DNA of 64,000 nucleotides, taken from contig NIVC01002976.1 of the NCBI GenBank assembly GCA_002269645.1, positions 63,980 through 127,979 on the forward strand, read 5' to 3'. Source of the stretch: Macrostomum lignano (Eukaryota). The notes under the pieces were generated by a model that did no database searches, was not told where the DNA came from, and saw nothing but the letters and a program-made list of their open reading frames with translations. The first letter of the stretch is position 1. Every line of letters begins with the position of its first letter. The position numbers were made by a program, and so were the translations under genes. Shown piece by piece: positions 13,201-32,889 of this stretch.

Positions 13201-16200
13201 TACCTGAGGATTTAGTAGATGCCCTGAACTACCTGAGGATTTAGTAGATGTCTGAACTACCTGAGGATTTAGTAGATGTCCTGAACTACCTGAGGATTTA
13301 GTAGATGTCCTGAACTACCTGAGGATTTCCCGTCTAAGGCACTGATGGTTGTTAAAGCTATTCACCTATATTTTTAAAAACTAAATTCATTCAATAAATT
13401 TACGCGTAGTTAGAAACTAGAAAACTAGAAATTCAAGCCTATGAAATTAAAGTCTTGAAAGCTTAGCAAGGTTGCCAGGTACGAGATTGTTTACCTTGGC
13501 AAGTGCATCAACCCCCTCTCAATGCAACAGTTTTAACTAATGAATTCCATTTGCACACGGAATAGAAATTCTGAAAAGCGAAGTTAGTCAGTACTTTATA
13601 ATACTGAATCCAGTTAGTTAAGCAAGGTAAATTATGAATGGGAATCTGCCTTTTTTCTCTTGCAACTTTATTAACTTTACAAGTTCATCAATTCCGCGTG
13701 GCAGAGATTTGCAATGTGCTTTGTAAATTTAGAAACTAAAAAACACAATTTGGAAACTTATAAAATTCCTTAGCTGTGTCTGGGGCTGAAACATTCAGGG
13801 AAAGAACGAATGCTGTGACAGACTGAAACAGACAGTACGAGATTCCATGGAAGACACTATAAGACACTGAGACAAACACTGAGGCAGACACTGAGACAGA
13901 CACTGAGACAGACATAAGACAGACACTGAGACAGACACTAAGACGGACACTGAGACAGGCACTGAGACAGGCACTGAGACAGACACTGAGACAGGCACTG
14001 AGACAGACACTGAGACAGGCACTCAGACAGAAACTGAGACAGGCACTGAGACAGACACTGAGACAGACACTGAGACAGGCACTGAGACAGACATTGAGAC
14101 AGACACTGAGACAGACACTGAGGACAGACACTGAGACAGACACTGAGACAGACACTGAGACAGACACTGAGACAGACACTGAGACAGACACTGAGACAGG
14201 CACTGAGACAGACACTGAGACAGGCACTCAGACAGAAACTGAGACAGGCACTGAGACAGACACTGAGACAGACACTGAGACAGGCACTGAGACAGACATT
14301 GAGACAGACACTGAGACAGACACTGAGGACAGACACTGAGACAGACACTGAGACAGACACTGAGACAGACACTGAGACAGGCACTGAGACAGACACTGAG
14401 ACAGGCACTGAGACAGAAACTGTGACAGACACTGAGACAGGCACTGAGACAGACACTGAGACAGACGCTGAGACAGGCACTGAGACAGACACTAAGACAG
14501 ACACTGAGACAGACACTGAGACAGGCACTGAGACAGGCACTGAGACAGACACTGAGACAGACGCTGAGACAGGCACTGAGACAGGCACTGAGACAGGCAC
14601 TGAGACAGACACTGAGACAGGCACTGAGACAGAAACTGAGACAGACACTGAGACAGACACTGAGACAGACACTGAGACAGGCACTGAGACAGGCACTGTG
14701 ACAGGCACTGAGACAGACAGGCACTGAGACAGGCACTGAGACAGACACTCAGACAGAAACTGTGACAGGCACTGAGACAGACACTCAGACAGAAACTGAG
14801 ACAGGCACTGAAACAGACACTGAGACAGGCACTGAGACAGACACTGAGACAGACACTGAGACAGGCACTGAGACAGACTCTGAGACAGACACTGAGACAG
14901 ACACTAAGGACAGACACTGAGACAGGCACTGAAACAGACACAAGACAGGCACTGAGACAGAAACTGAGACAGACACTGAGACAGACACTGAGACAGACAC
15001 TGAGACAGGCACTGAGACAGGCACTGTGACAGGCACTGAGACAGACAGGCACTGAGACAGGCACTGAGACAGACACTCAGACAGAAACTGTGACAGGCAC
15101 TGAGACAGACACTCAGACAGAAACTGAGACAGGCACTGAAACAGACACTGAGACAGGCACTGAGACAGACACTGAGACAGAAACTGAGACAGGCACTGAG
15201 ACAGACTCTGAGACAGACACTGAGACAGACACTAAGGACAGACACTGAGACAGGCACTGAAACAGACACAAGACAGACACTGAGACAGACACTGAGACAG
15301 ACACTGAGACAGACACTGAGACAGGCACTGAGACAGGCACTGAGACAGACACTGAGACAGGCACAAAGAAATACTAAGATAGACCCACCAGTGAACACAG
15401 GGTTCCAAGACAGCAGTAAGCCCCTCATACTTAGCGCAGAGAGATTGGTGCACCAGCCCCCTAAGCAAGGCAAACACGAGCGGGCTGCCTTCAGTGCAGG
15501 CCCGCTTCCTAACGCCAGTTATTTGCGAAGTTCATCAAGCATTCACCGAAATTCTTTCCAACCCCCCGCCCGGCGCAGGCCCGCAGCGCCTGATCGACGC
15601 GTGCGAGCGCAAACGCCTCGACTACGAGCGCGTCCTGCGCCGCTCCCAGCCCGACCCCATGGCCGAGGACGCGGCCAGGCAAGATTTCGCCGCCCTGAGC
15701 GGCCGACTCAAAGAGGAGCTGCCAGATTTGATCAGCTTGTCAATCCAGCTGCTGGTCAGGTCTGTTGTCTGCTTCCTGCGCTTGTTGCAGTCGGCCAGTA
15801 CTCAAGCTCGTCTGCTTCTAAAAGAAGCTTTCCCAAGCGATAGCTGCGAGCTGACGCCCTTAATAGAGCAGGAACTGGACGCCTGGCTGCAGCGCTTGGC
15901 AGCTCTCCCGACTCTTGCCGAGGCCTCCCTACTGCAGGAAGTCGACGAAGAGTCCGCAGCTGACGGCGGCGGTGGCGACGAGGATGCGGCAGATTCGGCA
16001 TCGCCCGCCACTCCGGGATTCCGGCCGGCTTCGGCGATCCGGCAGAGTGATGAGCTGCGGCAGCGGCTGGTCGGCAAGTACAAGATGTCCCAGCTGCGGC
16101 GGGTGGTCCGCGAGCATCTCGGCTGCTCCGCTAAACGAGAAGTGGACGCGTGCCAGGTGAGTGAGACAGGGTGGCTGATGGTGACGATGTCTCAAGTGAC

Positions 16201-17395
16201 AGACCCATGGAGAGGGTAGTGAACTCTCAAATGACAATCAAAGACCCATGGAGAGGGTAGTGACCTCTCAAATGACAATCAAAGACCCATGGAGAGGGTA
16301 GCGACCTCTCAAATGACAATCAAAGACCCATGGAGAGGGTAGTGACCTCTCAAATGACAATCAAAGACCCATGGAGAGGGTAGTGAACTCTCAAATGACA
16401 ATCAAAGACCCATGGAGAGGGTAGTGAACTCTCAAATGACAATCAAAGACCCATGGAGAGGGTAGTGACCTCTCAAATGACAATCAAAGACCCATGGAGA
16501 GGGTAGTGAACTCTCAAATGACAATCAAAGACCCATGGAGAGGGTAGTGACCTCTCAAATGACAATCAAAGACCCATGGAGAGGGTAGTGAACTCTCAAA
16601 TGACAATCAAAGACCCATGGAGAGGGTAGTGACCTCTCAAATGACAATCAAAGACCCATGGAGAGGGTAGTGACCTCTCAAATGACAATCAAAGACCCAT
16701 GGAGAGGGTAGTGAACTCTCAAATGACAATCAAAGACCCATTGAGAGGGTAGTGACCTCTCAAATGACAATCAAAGACCCATGGAGAGGGTAGTGACCTC
16801 TCAAATGACAATCAAAGACCCATGGAGAGGGTAGTGACCTCTCAAATGACAATCAAAGGCCCATGGAAAAGTTACGGCACCATAAAACGAGAGATTACAG
16901 TCATGTCTCCTTGCCCGACCAGGGAGATCTCGTGGCCGTCCTGATGGCCTCCTACCCGTCCAGAACGAGCCACTCTCTGGTGGACACCGGCTCTGCAAGC
17001 GGCCTGCTGCCAGCTGAGCTGCTTTCCACCCGCGAGCTGGCCTCCGCGCTGCCGAAGCCCGAGAAGCAGCCGGCCACCATCTGGTATGTGGATCCCGAGC
17101 AGGTGTTTTCCCACCTGCTGCACCTGCCGCCATCCTACGACGATTCCACCAGGACTGCCGCTCCCCGCAAGCCAACCCGCGCCCCAGCCCGCGCACCAAC
17201 TTGAATCAGCCAAAACCTCGGCTGCCGCCTCTTCCTCAGCTACCGGAAGAGGCCCGTCTGCCAGTCCAGCAGCAGCTGATGTCGGAGCTGCAGCAGCGCC
17301 TGCGCCAGCAGTTCGATGTCGAGGCGATGCTGGAAGCCACAATGGACTCTGTCAGTCTGGATTCCATTTTTGAACAGGCAGAGAACTCTCATTGA
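7270..17395 (+). CDS. RhoGEF with DH-BAR-SH3 architecture (Tuba/DNMBP/ARHGEF37-38 family), multi-exon
   Basis: Phase-compatible exons 7270-7575, 8303-8754, 10648-11078, 15579-16156 and 16923-17204 (or 16923-17102 + 17153-17395). DH: EKEILETEQSY...FLIKPLQRITRYPLLLRELLK. BAR: HTLDKKGGR...FEPLRSLQDCFS|GPQRLIDACERKRLDY. SH3: EVDACQ|GDLVAVL...LVDTGSASGLLP. Confidence 0.85.
7760..8274. repeat. 24-bp intronic minisatellite CCCTAGACTATCCATGAGAATCGC
   Basis: Tandem copies in RhoGEF intron 1; gives spurious MRIAPRLS ORFs. Confidence 0.92.
8780..10635. repeat. 24-bp intronic minisatellite ATGAGAATCATGCCTCAGTCACTG/ACAC
   Basis: About 75 units fill RhoGEF intron 2 to within about 13 nt of the acceptor. 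Confidence 0.95.
11185..13327. repeat. 29-30-bp minisatellite CTACCTGAGGATTTAGTAGATGTCCTGAA, split by an insertion
   Basis: Arrays at 11185-11920 and 12789-13327 in RhoGEF intron 3. Confidence 0.93.
11923..12788. mobile_element. Probable solo LTR (866 bp) inserted in the minisatellite
   Basis: Unique sequence with TGTA...TACA ends, flanked by GATGTTT / GATGTCT (near-duplicated array sequence). Minus-strand AATAAA near 12305; no coding capacity. Confidence 0.6.
13862..15362. repeat. 12-bp minisatellite CACTGAGACAG(A/G)
   Basis: 1.5-kb array in RhoGEF intron 3; source of the SVSV/CLSV/ETDT ORFs. Confidence 0.95.
16200..16868. repeat. 41-bp minisatellite GACCCATGGAGAGGGTAGTGACCTCTCAAATGACAATCAAA, about 16 units
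   Basis: Homogeneous array in RhoGEF intron 4; internal GAGAGG/CCTCTC dyad. Confidence 0.95.
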
Positions 17396-18504
17396 GCTCC
17401 CTTGGGTGTTTTTTAATGGGCCAGAATGATGATTTTTACAGGTAATGGAAACTTCCAAAGTAGGGTTGATGACGTATTACATTTATGTGCTTATTGAAAT
17501 TTTGTCTTGTTGGTTTAGCACAGATTTTGACATTCTGATGCAGTTTTGCCAGTAGAAGCGGTTACAATCTTTGATTGTACTTATTAGACGATATGTTGAG
17601 ATTTGTTGGCACAAATTTGATGTGTTATCATGTGTAACTTAGGTGCTATTTTGTTTACCCTGAGATTTCTGTACTTCTTGTTGAGTTACACTTTCATTTC
17701 TAATTCTATTCAGTGCATTATGCTCTTTTAATCAAGTTGACAGAACCCGAGCTTCACAGGTAATTCCTTAAATTCTTCAGTATGTGATCAATCGTGTGAT
17801 GTTTTAGCCAATTCACATTTTAGCTGTGTTAACTTCTACCTTAATTCAGTATTATATTGTTAGCTCAGTTGTAGTTTCATCTGTCACTGACCTCTCTTAA
17901 TCACTAATTGATTAATTGATTAATTAGTTCAATATTTTTGTTAACTCTGATTCCTCATTGTAAAACCCTATTTTATTTAGCTCTGTTTTGGTGCTATGAT
18001 GTTTTTTTCCGGCAATAAAATAAAAATTATTATCATGATTATAGCATGATACAATTGGACACAATTTATCTGCATTGGTTTGCAAGAACTTTTCCTAAAA
18101 TTAAATTTTCAATCATAAATAAATGTTTATAGCTCGTAGGTCGGATATACAAAGACGGCAACAATATCAACGTGCCTAGGAAACCGCTCAGCACTTTACG
18201 GCTAGTCCTATTGTAGAGCTGGCATAGTCAATTTAAATATAGCTCAAATTGAAAATATTTTCATCTCTGTCTGTCCACTTCAAATCAACAGGAATTCATG
18301 ATGGCTGTCATCGATATATACTCTACGTTCCTAAACACACGTGAATTATTATAACTTTACAATCCGTGTTTACACGTGGTAAACATTTTAGACCTTAAAT
18401 AGCAAGTTTTTCGAGTCAGTAATAACTGATCCATTCATCCCAGACCGCGGGAAGGGGCTGCTTCATCACCTATGGAAACTTTTGGAGACTCTTGAGCAAT
18501 CTTG

Positions 18505-26179
<7,675 letters not shown>

Positions 26180-26439
26180 CACAAAACGAAATTGATTCGA
26201 GACTTCATGAAGCTTAAATTGAAACTGGACATTGTTGATGCCTTCTCGAGGAAAACGCTTGCAATTATTTCGCATATTCTGAATATTTAATAACACTTTT
26301 TAAGAGGCTTGTAAACTCAAACTGAAGCTTAGTTATCCAGGCTAAATTCTCTTCATTTTTAAACCGCCTCAAACACTTTTACTCATGTCTATCTACTCGT
26401 ATTACTTTCCTACCTTATTTATTCATGTACCAGCTATAT

Positions 26440-26777
26440 CAGAGGTCTGCAAACGTTTTTGTATCAAGAGCCAGATATTAAATCCAGCTCATGGCTTCGG
26501 GCCAGACGAGAAAGGAAAGAGGAGAGAATACAAAATTTGAAATGAGAGAGGAGAGGAAGGGCGAGAGATGGGTTGAGAGAAGAGATACGATAGAAGATAA
26601 GAGGAGAAAAGATTGAAGAGAGGGAAGAGAATAGGAGAATAGAGAGGAGATAAGAGAAGGGGAGATGAGCGAGGAGAGAAGAGAGACGAGAGACGAGAGC
26701 GGAGACGAGAGAGGAGAGAAGAGAGGAGAGAAGAGAGGGGAGAGAGAAGGGAAGAGGAGAGAGGAGAAAAGAGAGGG

Positions 26778-26823
<46 letters not shown>

Positions 26824-27006
26824 GAAGGGAAGAGGAGAGAGGAGAAAATAGAAGGGCAGAGGAGAGAGAGCAGAGAAGAGAGAGGAGAAGAGAGCTGAGA
26901 AGAGAGAGAAACAGGATTGCTATTGTGAAGTTTCAAAAAACCCCGGGGCCGTATCGAGAAGCTTCGTGGCCAGATGCGGTCCGCGGACGGAGTTTGCAGA
27001 CCCCTG
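26440..27006. mobile_element. hAT-like MITE with internal purine-rich array
   Basis: TIRs CAGAGGTCTGCAAAC / GTTTGCAGACCCCTG; interior is GA-rich low complexity. TSD is degenerate. Confidence 0.7.
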
Positions 27007-27704
27007 ATTTATACGTATCGCTCCGAGTCGAAGATACTTCTAGCTGGATTTATGTATTTATGCCATATTTAATTAAATTAATTCCTGTTTCGAATTAAAA
27101 TATATCCATAAAAGTACATAAGAAAGTACTTGGAGTTTGACCGACAATATTCGACTTTATTGAAGCGACATTAAGTAAAGCTTTACCTGCTTTGCTATGC
27201 ATGTTTGAAGAACGTAGGCTAATTTGGCTACTTTCAGCAGCGTGTTTAGCGTATTTATTTAAATTATTAAAAAAAGTGTTGCTAGACTGTTGACGGAACC
27301 TGGAGTCGATGAACAAATAAAATACAGATAGCAAGACTTCGCAAAGATGGAAAATTTTGATTTATAAAATATTAAAAAGGGCCTGTTAGATATGTATATA
27401 CTTGTGTATTGCTACATCAATTTTCTTTTAAATTTCTCTTGACGATACTGATTATTAATAAACTTGAGGATATAAATCTACAAGCTGTTGAAACCCGGGG
27501 AATTCCGATTCCTGGAAATATTTGTGCATGTGCTCTGAGATCTGAGGCCATACTCAAGCAAAAACTTGTTAATAGTTAGTAGGATAGAGTAAACATAAAA
27601 TGGAGTACATTCGTGTAAAATTAGGATTTGAGGCAAACATTTGATATTGTTGGCTGGGGTACGTGCTGCGCAGAATGTCGGGCAATGTCTGTCTGACTCT
27701 AAAA

Positions 27705-28059
27705 CATGTATTGGCAAACTCTGGCCTCCGCCTCTGACTCTCAACTTGTATCTTGTATCTGACTCTCAACTCAACTTGGATTGCAACTTGTATCTTCTCT
27801 TCTGTTTCCTCTCTTCTTTCTCGTCCCTCGTCTCTCCTTTCTTCTCTTTCTCCTCTCCTCTCTCCCCCTTTTCTCTCGTCTCTTTCCTCTCATCTCTTTT
27901 CTTGTTTTATCTCTCCTCTCTCCCCTCGTCTCTCGTCTCTTCCCTCACCTCTCTTCTCTCTCGTCTGCTCTCTCATCTCTCCTTTCTCTTCTTTTATCTT
28001 TTCTCTCTTATCTCTTCTCGTTTCTCTCTGCTCTGCTCTGCTCTCTCTCTCTCTCTCTC

Positions 28060-28129
<70 letters not shown>

Positions 28130-29079
28130 GCTCTCTTTTATCTCTCCTCTCCCATCTCTCTTCTCCTCTCTACTCTCTCCCCTCTTCATTCTCCTCTTTC
28201 CTCTTCTCTCTCCTCATTCACTTCTCTCTCCCTGTCTCTCCTCTCTCCTCTAGTCTCTGTAATCTCTTCTCTCTTCTCTCTCCTCTGTTCTCTCTACTCT
28301 CTCATCTCTCGTCTTTTTACCCTCATCTCTGCTCTCTCATCTGTCATTTTTACTCTCTTATCGGTTCTCTCACTTATCTCCTCTGTACTCTTCTCTTTCC
28401 CCTCTTCTGACTCCTCTCTTTTCTTACTCCTCTCTTCTTTTCTCTTCCCTCTTCTATGCTCTCTCTCCTCTATTATCTTCTCTCGTCTCTCTGCACTCCT
28501 CTCACCTTTTTCATCTCTCATCTTTACTCTCTCATCTCTCCTTTCATCTGTCCCATCTCTACAGTCTCATCTCTTTCCTCTCTCCTCCTCTTCCCTTTAC
28601 TCTCTCATCTCTCCTTTCTACCCTCTTCTTTCACCACTCTCTTGTCTCTATCTTTTCTCTTCTCACTCCTCTCTCCCCCTCTTATCTCCTCTCTTCTCTA
28701 TCCCTTCTACTCTCTCCTCTCTATTCTCTCCTCTCCTCTTGACCCTTTGTCATCTTATTTCTGTCTGCTCTCTCATCTCTACTCTCTTCTCAATCTTCTC
28801 TACTCTCCTCTCTCATCGATCCTCTGTCTCATCTCTCCCGTCTTCTCACCTTTACTCTTTCCTCTCCCTCCTTTCTCCCCTCCTCTCACTTCTTCCTCCC
28901 TTCTTCTCTGCTCTCTCCTTACCACTTGTCTCTCCTCTTATCTTCCATGTTTTCTCTTATCCCCCTCTCGCCTCTCCTCTCTTCTAATAGTCTATTCCTT
29001 CTCCTTTCCACTCTCATCTAGCCCGCACATAAGCTGGATTCTTTATCTGGCTTTTGAAGTAAAAGTCTGCCGATCCCTG
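27705..29079. mobile_element. Degenerate hAT-like MITE in opposite orientation, with CT-rich array
   Basis: Ends CATGTATTGGCAAAC ... GTCTGCCGATCCCTG; 1.2 kb of CT-rich low complexity inside. Confidence 0.55.
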
Positions 29080-29311
29080 CTTCGAAAGCCAGTTTGTGGG
29101 ACGTACTACTCTCATCGTTATTCTCATGCATTGATCATGTCATCTTTCTTGCCAATTTGCAGTCCTGAAAGGAATTTGTGTATCTTCAGCTCCACCGCAG
29201 TCTGCATCAGTCTAACAACCAAGGAAATACGCATTTCTTAGGCCATTTAAATTTCAAAGTACTTTAAGAGAAACTTAAAATTTTCATGGTGTGACTAATT
29301 TAGTAGGGACT

Positions 29312-30089
29312 TAGGGATTGCAATTGCAGGCACTTTTTGGCCTGAAGGAATCCCGGGATTAGGGGCTCGGGATCCCGGGATTGGAAACTTTTTTGATAAA
29401 GTGGGTGATATCCAGGAAATATCAAAATGTTCGTATTTTAAATACATTACACAAGTAACATTCGAACGCGTCGTGATCGTGACGTGACTCTCGATTCTCG
29501 AATCGGGATACAATACAAATTATACAATACATACAATACACGCGAGTCTCAAACCTGTGTTGTGTTTGTGTATTTGACTACTTGAGTTACTTGTGTAACT
29601 TGTGTTATGTACATAAAAGCATTGAAAAATGACTGGGAGATAATTTTGCATGCATGTATATTCATGTTTTATTTATATAGTACTATTTCATAGTAGTATT
29701 ATACTATACTATACTACTATACTACTACTATACAATACAATATATAGTACATGTATACAAGTAGTATATCGTATATACTCGTATCGTACGATATATCGTT
29801 TATCGTATTGTATATATATACGATATATACGATATACTACTTACATAAATATATTATATATTGTATAGTAGTAGTATAGTATAGTAGTATATCGTATATA
29901 GTATAGTAGTAATATAGTAAGTTGGACCAAGTACAGAATGCATTCTTAATTTGAAGCCGGTTTTCTGGCATTCTATCGGCAAAAACATTTAAAATGTCAA
30001 TATCGGGATTGGGTCCGGGATCTCGGGATTGAGTCATAGCTTCGTCCGGGATCCCGGGATCGTAGAACAGCCGGGATTTGCAATCCCTA
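29312..30089. mobile_element. MITE with TAGGGATTGCAA TIRs
   Basis: 12-13-bp perfect TIR, subterminal CCCGGGAT repeats at both ends, AT-rich interior; no clear TSD. Confidence 0.7.
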
Positions 30090-31103
30090 ATCGGGAAAGA
30101 GAGGCAGGCGGGCGGAGGTTGGGGTGGTTGCTACGCTGAAAAAAGCAGCCTAACTTTAAAAGTGCACAGCGCCGTTCAGGATTCACTTTGAGACTTGAAA
30201 TTTTACATGATTGTGCCAAAATAGTTGAAGATTGTCTGTGTCAAATTTGAAGAGAATCGGTAGAAGTGGAGCGGCGCTATGGAGGATTAAGTGAAAAAAT
30301 CGCGCATTTTGAGGGTAGGAAGACTTAAGTCTAGGAAATTTAAAGGTAGCCTAAGACATTCTCCGTAGTAAGTTTAGGGTGGGTGTAAAGTTTGGTGTCA
30401 TTTGGTTGAGCGGTTTGGGAGTCCATAGCGATCAAAATTGTACACACACACACAGACAGACAGACAGAGTTTTGATTTTTATATGTAGAGATTTTGAAAT
30501 TCACGTAGTGAATCGAAAGCTTAGAAGCGTTTATAAAACCGAACTTGTGATTAAATTAGCATAATTAGATTATGCTGACTATTCAAATACATTCAGTTGT
30601 CATATTTTGATGCAGATCAGGACTGATTTGGCACTGGCATGCGGCAGGAAATAGCAGAACTTCGCAATATTAATCTAACGGAAGACCCAATTTTTATAAA
30701 CAAAAACTTTCCCACCACAGCGAATAGTTGTTAGTTGGAAATACAAATGTTAAAATTCCGAGCTGTGGTTGGAAACTCTGTGGTTAAATAGAAACTGCTT
30801 TGGATTATAAATAGATCTGCTAACTTATCTTTAGCTGCCTTCGACGTGTATTGGAATTAACAAATTTATACTCCAAATAATAATTAAATTGTTGATTTTG
30901 CGTACATTTTGAATTATATTATATTTGTAGTTTACCAATCAAAAAGCATATAGGATTCGCAAGGATCCAACACTTTTTAATACTCGTAGCTCCGCTTATA
31001 ATAACTAAAGCTATTTAATCAGTTCATATAATAAATAGACAGTTGCTGCAACACAGTAACTCTGAAAAGTAATGTTTTAATTAATTGGTTTAATGATTTG
31101 CAT

Positions 31104-32659
31104 TAGCAGTTGACAAACTTTTTACCTCAAATGCCAAAGGAGAGGAGAGAAGGAGATAAGGGAGAGGAGACAAGGGAGAGGAGAGAAGGGAGAGGAGACA
31201 AGGGAGAGGAGAGAAGGGAGAGGAGACAAGGGAGAGGAGAGAAGGGAGAGGAGAGAAGGGAGAGGAGAGAAGGGAGAGGAGAGAAGGGAGAGCAGAGAAG
31301 GGAGAGGAGACAAGGGAGAGGAGAGAAGGGAGAGGAGAGAAGGGAGAGGAGAGAAGGGAGAGGAGAGAAGGGAGAGGAGAGAAGGGAGAGGAGAGAAGGG
31401 AGAGGAGAGAAGGGAGAGGAGAGAAGGGAGAGGAGAGAAGGGAGAGGAGAGAAGGGAGAGGAGAGAAGGGAGAGGAGAGAAGGGAGAGGAGAGAAGGGAG
31501 AGCAGATAAGGGAGAGGAGACAAGGGAGAGGAGAGAAGAGAGAGGAGAGAAGGGAGAGGAGAGAAGGGAGAGTAGAGAAGGGAGAGGAGAGAAGGGAGAG
31601 CAGATAAGGGAGAGGAGACAAGGGAGAGGAGAGAAGGGAGAGGAGACAAGGGAGAGGAGAGAAGGGAGAGGAGAGAAGGGAGAGGAGAGAAGGGAGAGGA
31701 GAGAAAGGAGAGGAGAGAAGGGAGAGTAGAGAGGGAGAGGAGAGAAGGGAGAGCAGAGAAGGGAGAGGAAAGAAGGGAGAGGAGACAAGGGAGAGGAGAG
31801 AAGAGAGAGGAGAGAAGGGAGAGGAGAGAAGGGAGAGTAGAGAAGGGAGAGGAGAGAAGGGAGAGCAGATAAGGGAGAGGAGACAAGGGAGAGGAGAGAA
31901 GGGAGAGGAGACAAGGGAGAGGAGAGAAGGGAGAGGAGAGAAGGGAGAGGAGAGAAGGGAGAGGAGAGAAAGGAGAGGAGAGAAGGGAGAGTAGAGAGGG
32001 AGAGGAGAGAAGGGAGAGCAGAGAAGGGAGAGGAAAGAAGGGAGAGGAGAGAAGGGAGAGGAGAGAAGGGAGAGGAGAGAAGGGAGAGGAGACAAGGGAG
32101 AGGAGAGAAGGGAGAGGAGAGAAGGGAGAGGAGAGAAGGGAGAGGAGAGAAGGGAGAGGAGAGAAGGGAGAGGAGAGAAGAGAGAGGAGAGAAGGGAGAG
32201 CAGATAAGGGAGAGGAGACAAGGGAGAGGAGAGAAGAGAGAGGAGAGAAGGGAGAGGAGACAAGGGAGAGGAGACAAGGGAGAGGAGAGAAGGGAGAGTA
32301 GAGAAGGGAGAGGAGAGAAGGGAGAGCAGAGAAGGGAGAGGAAAGAAGGGAGAGTAGAGAAGGGAGAGGAGAGAAGGGAGAGGAGAGAAGGGAGAGGAGA
32401 GAAGGGAGAGGAGAGAAGGGAGAGGAGAGAAGGGAGAGGAGACAAGGGAGAGGAGAGAAGGGAGAGGAGAGAAGGGAGAGCAGAGAAGGGAGAGGAGACA
32501 AGGGAGAGGAGAGAAGGAAGAGGAGAGAAGAGAGAGGAGAGAAGGGAGAGGAGAGAAGAGACACAAACCGTATGCGGGCCGGATTGCTATAGTGAAGTTT
32601 TTAAGGACACCTGAGGGCCGGATGGAAAGGCTTGACAAGCCGGAGTTTGCCAACCCCTG
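31104..32659. mobile_element. hAT-like MITE with expanded 14-bp GGGAGAGGAGAGAA array
   Basis: Ends TAGCAGTTGACAAAC / GTTTGCCAACCCCTG; array spans about 31135-32560. Confidence 0.65.
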
Positions 32660-32889
32660 GTTAATCATATTTTAATGATTTACGTGATTTAATGTTTTTC
32701 TTAAAATTCAGATTCAAGTTAACATTCAGATGTTAACATTCAAGTTAAAGTTAACATTCAGATTCTGATTAAACAAAAACAATTCTGAAATCACAAGAAT
32801 AAAATAAATTATAAATATTAACATGCTAAAACATAAAACTTCAGTTTAATTGTCAGAGTTCAGACACAGAAGCCAGTTTTTTAAGCCGT

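Larger units (their letters stand above)
27474..30491. mobile_element. About 3-kb insertion absent from the duplicate copy; Helitron/Helentron-like non-autonomous ends with nested MITEs
   Basis: Flanks are nearly contiguous in copy 2 (about 42525-42540). The 3' end carries (CA)n(GACA)n then TTTTATATGTAGAGA, as in Lep1/DINE-1-type elements. Family assignment is tentative. Confidence 0.5.

Noticed and set aside
13736-15477. SVSV / CLSV / ETDT ORFs
   Set aside because: Read-through of the 12-bp minisatellite.
16200-16868. CRISPR-like array of hairpin repeats (also 1-105)
   Set aside because: No unique spacers, no cas genes, eukaryotic intron.
26478-32668. Ser/Leu/Pro- and Arg/Glu/Gly-rich ORFs
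   Set aside because: GA/CT low-complexity arrays inside MITEs.
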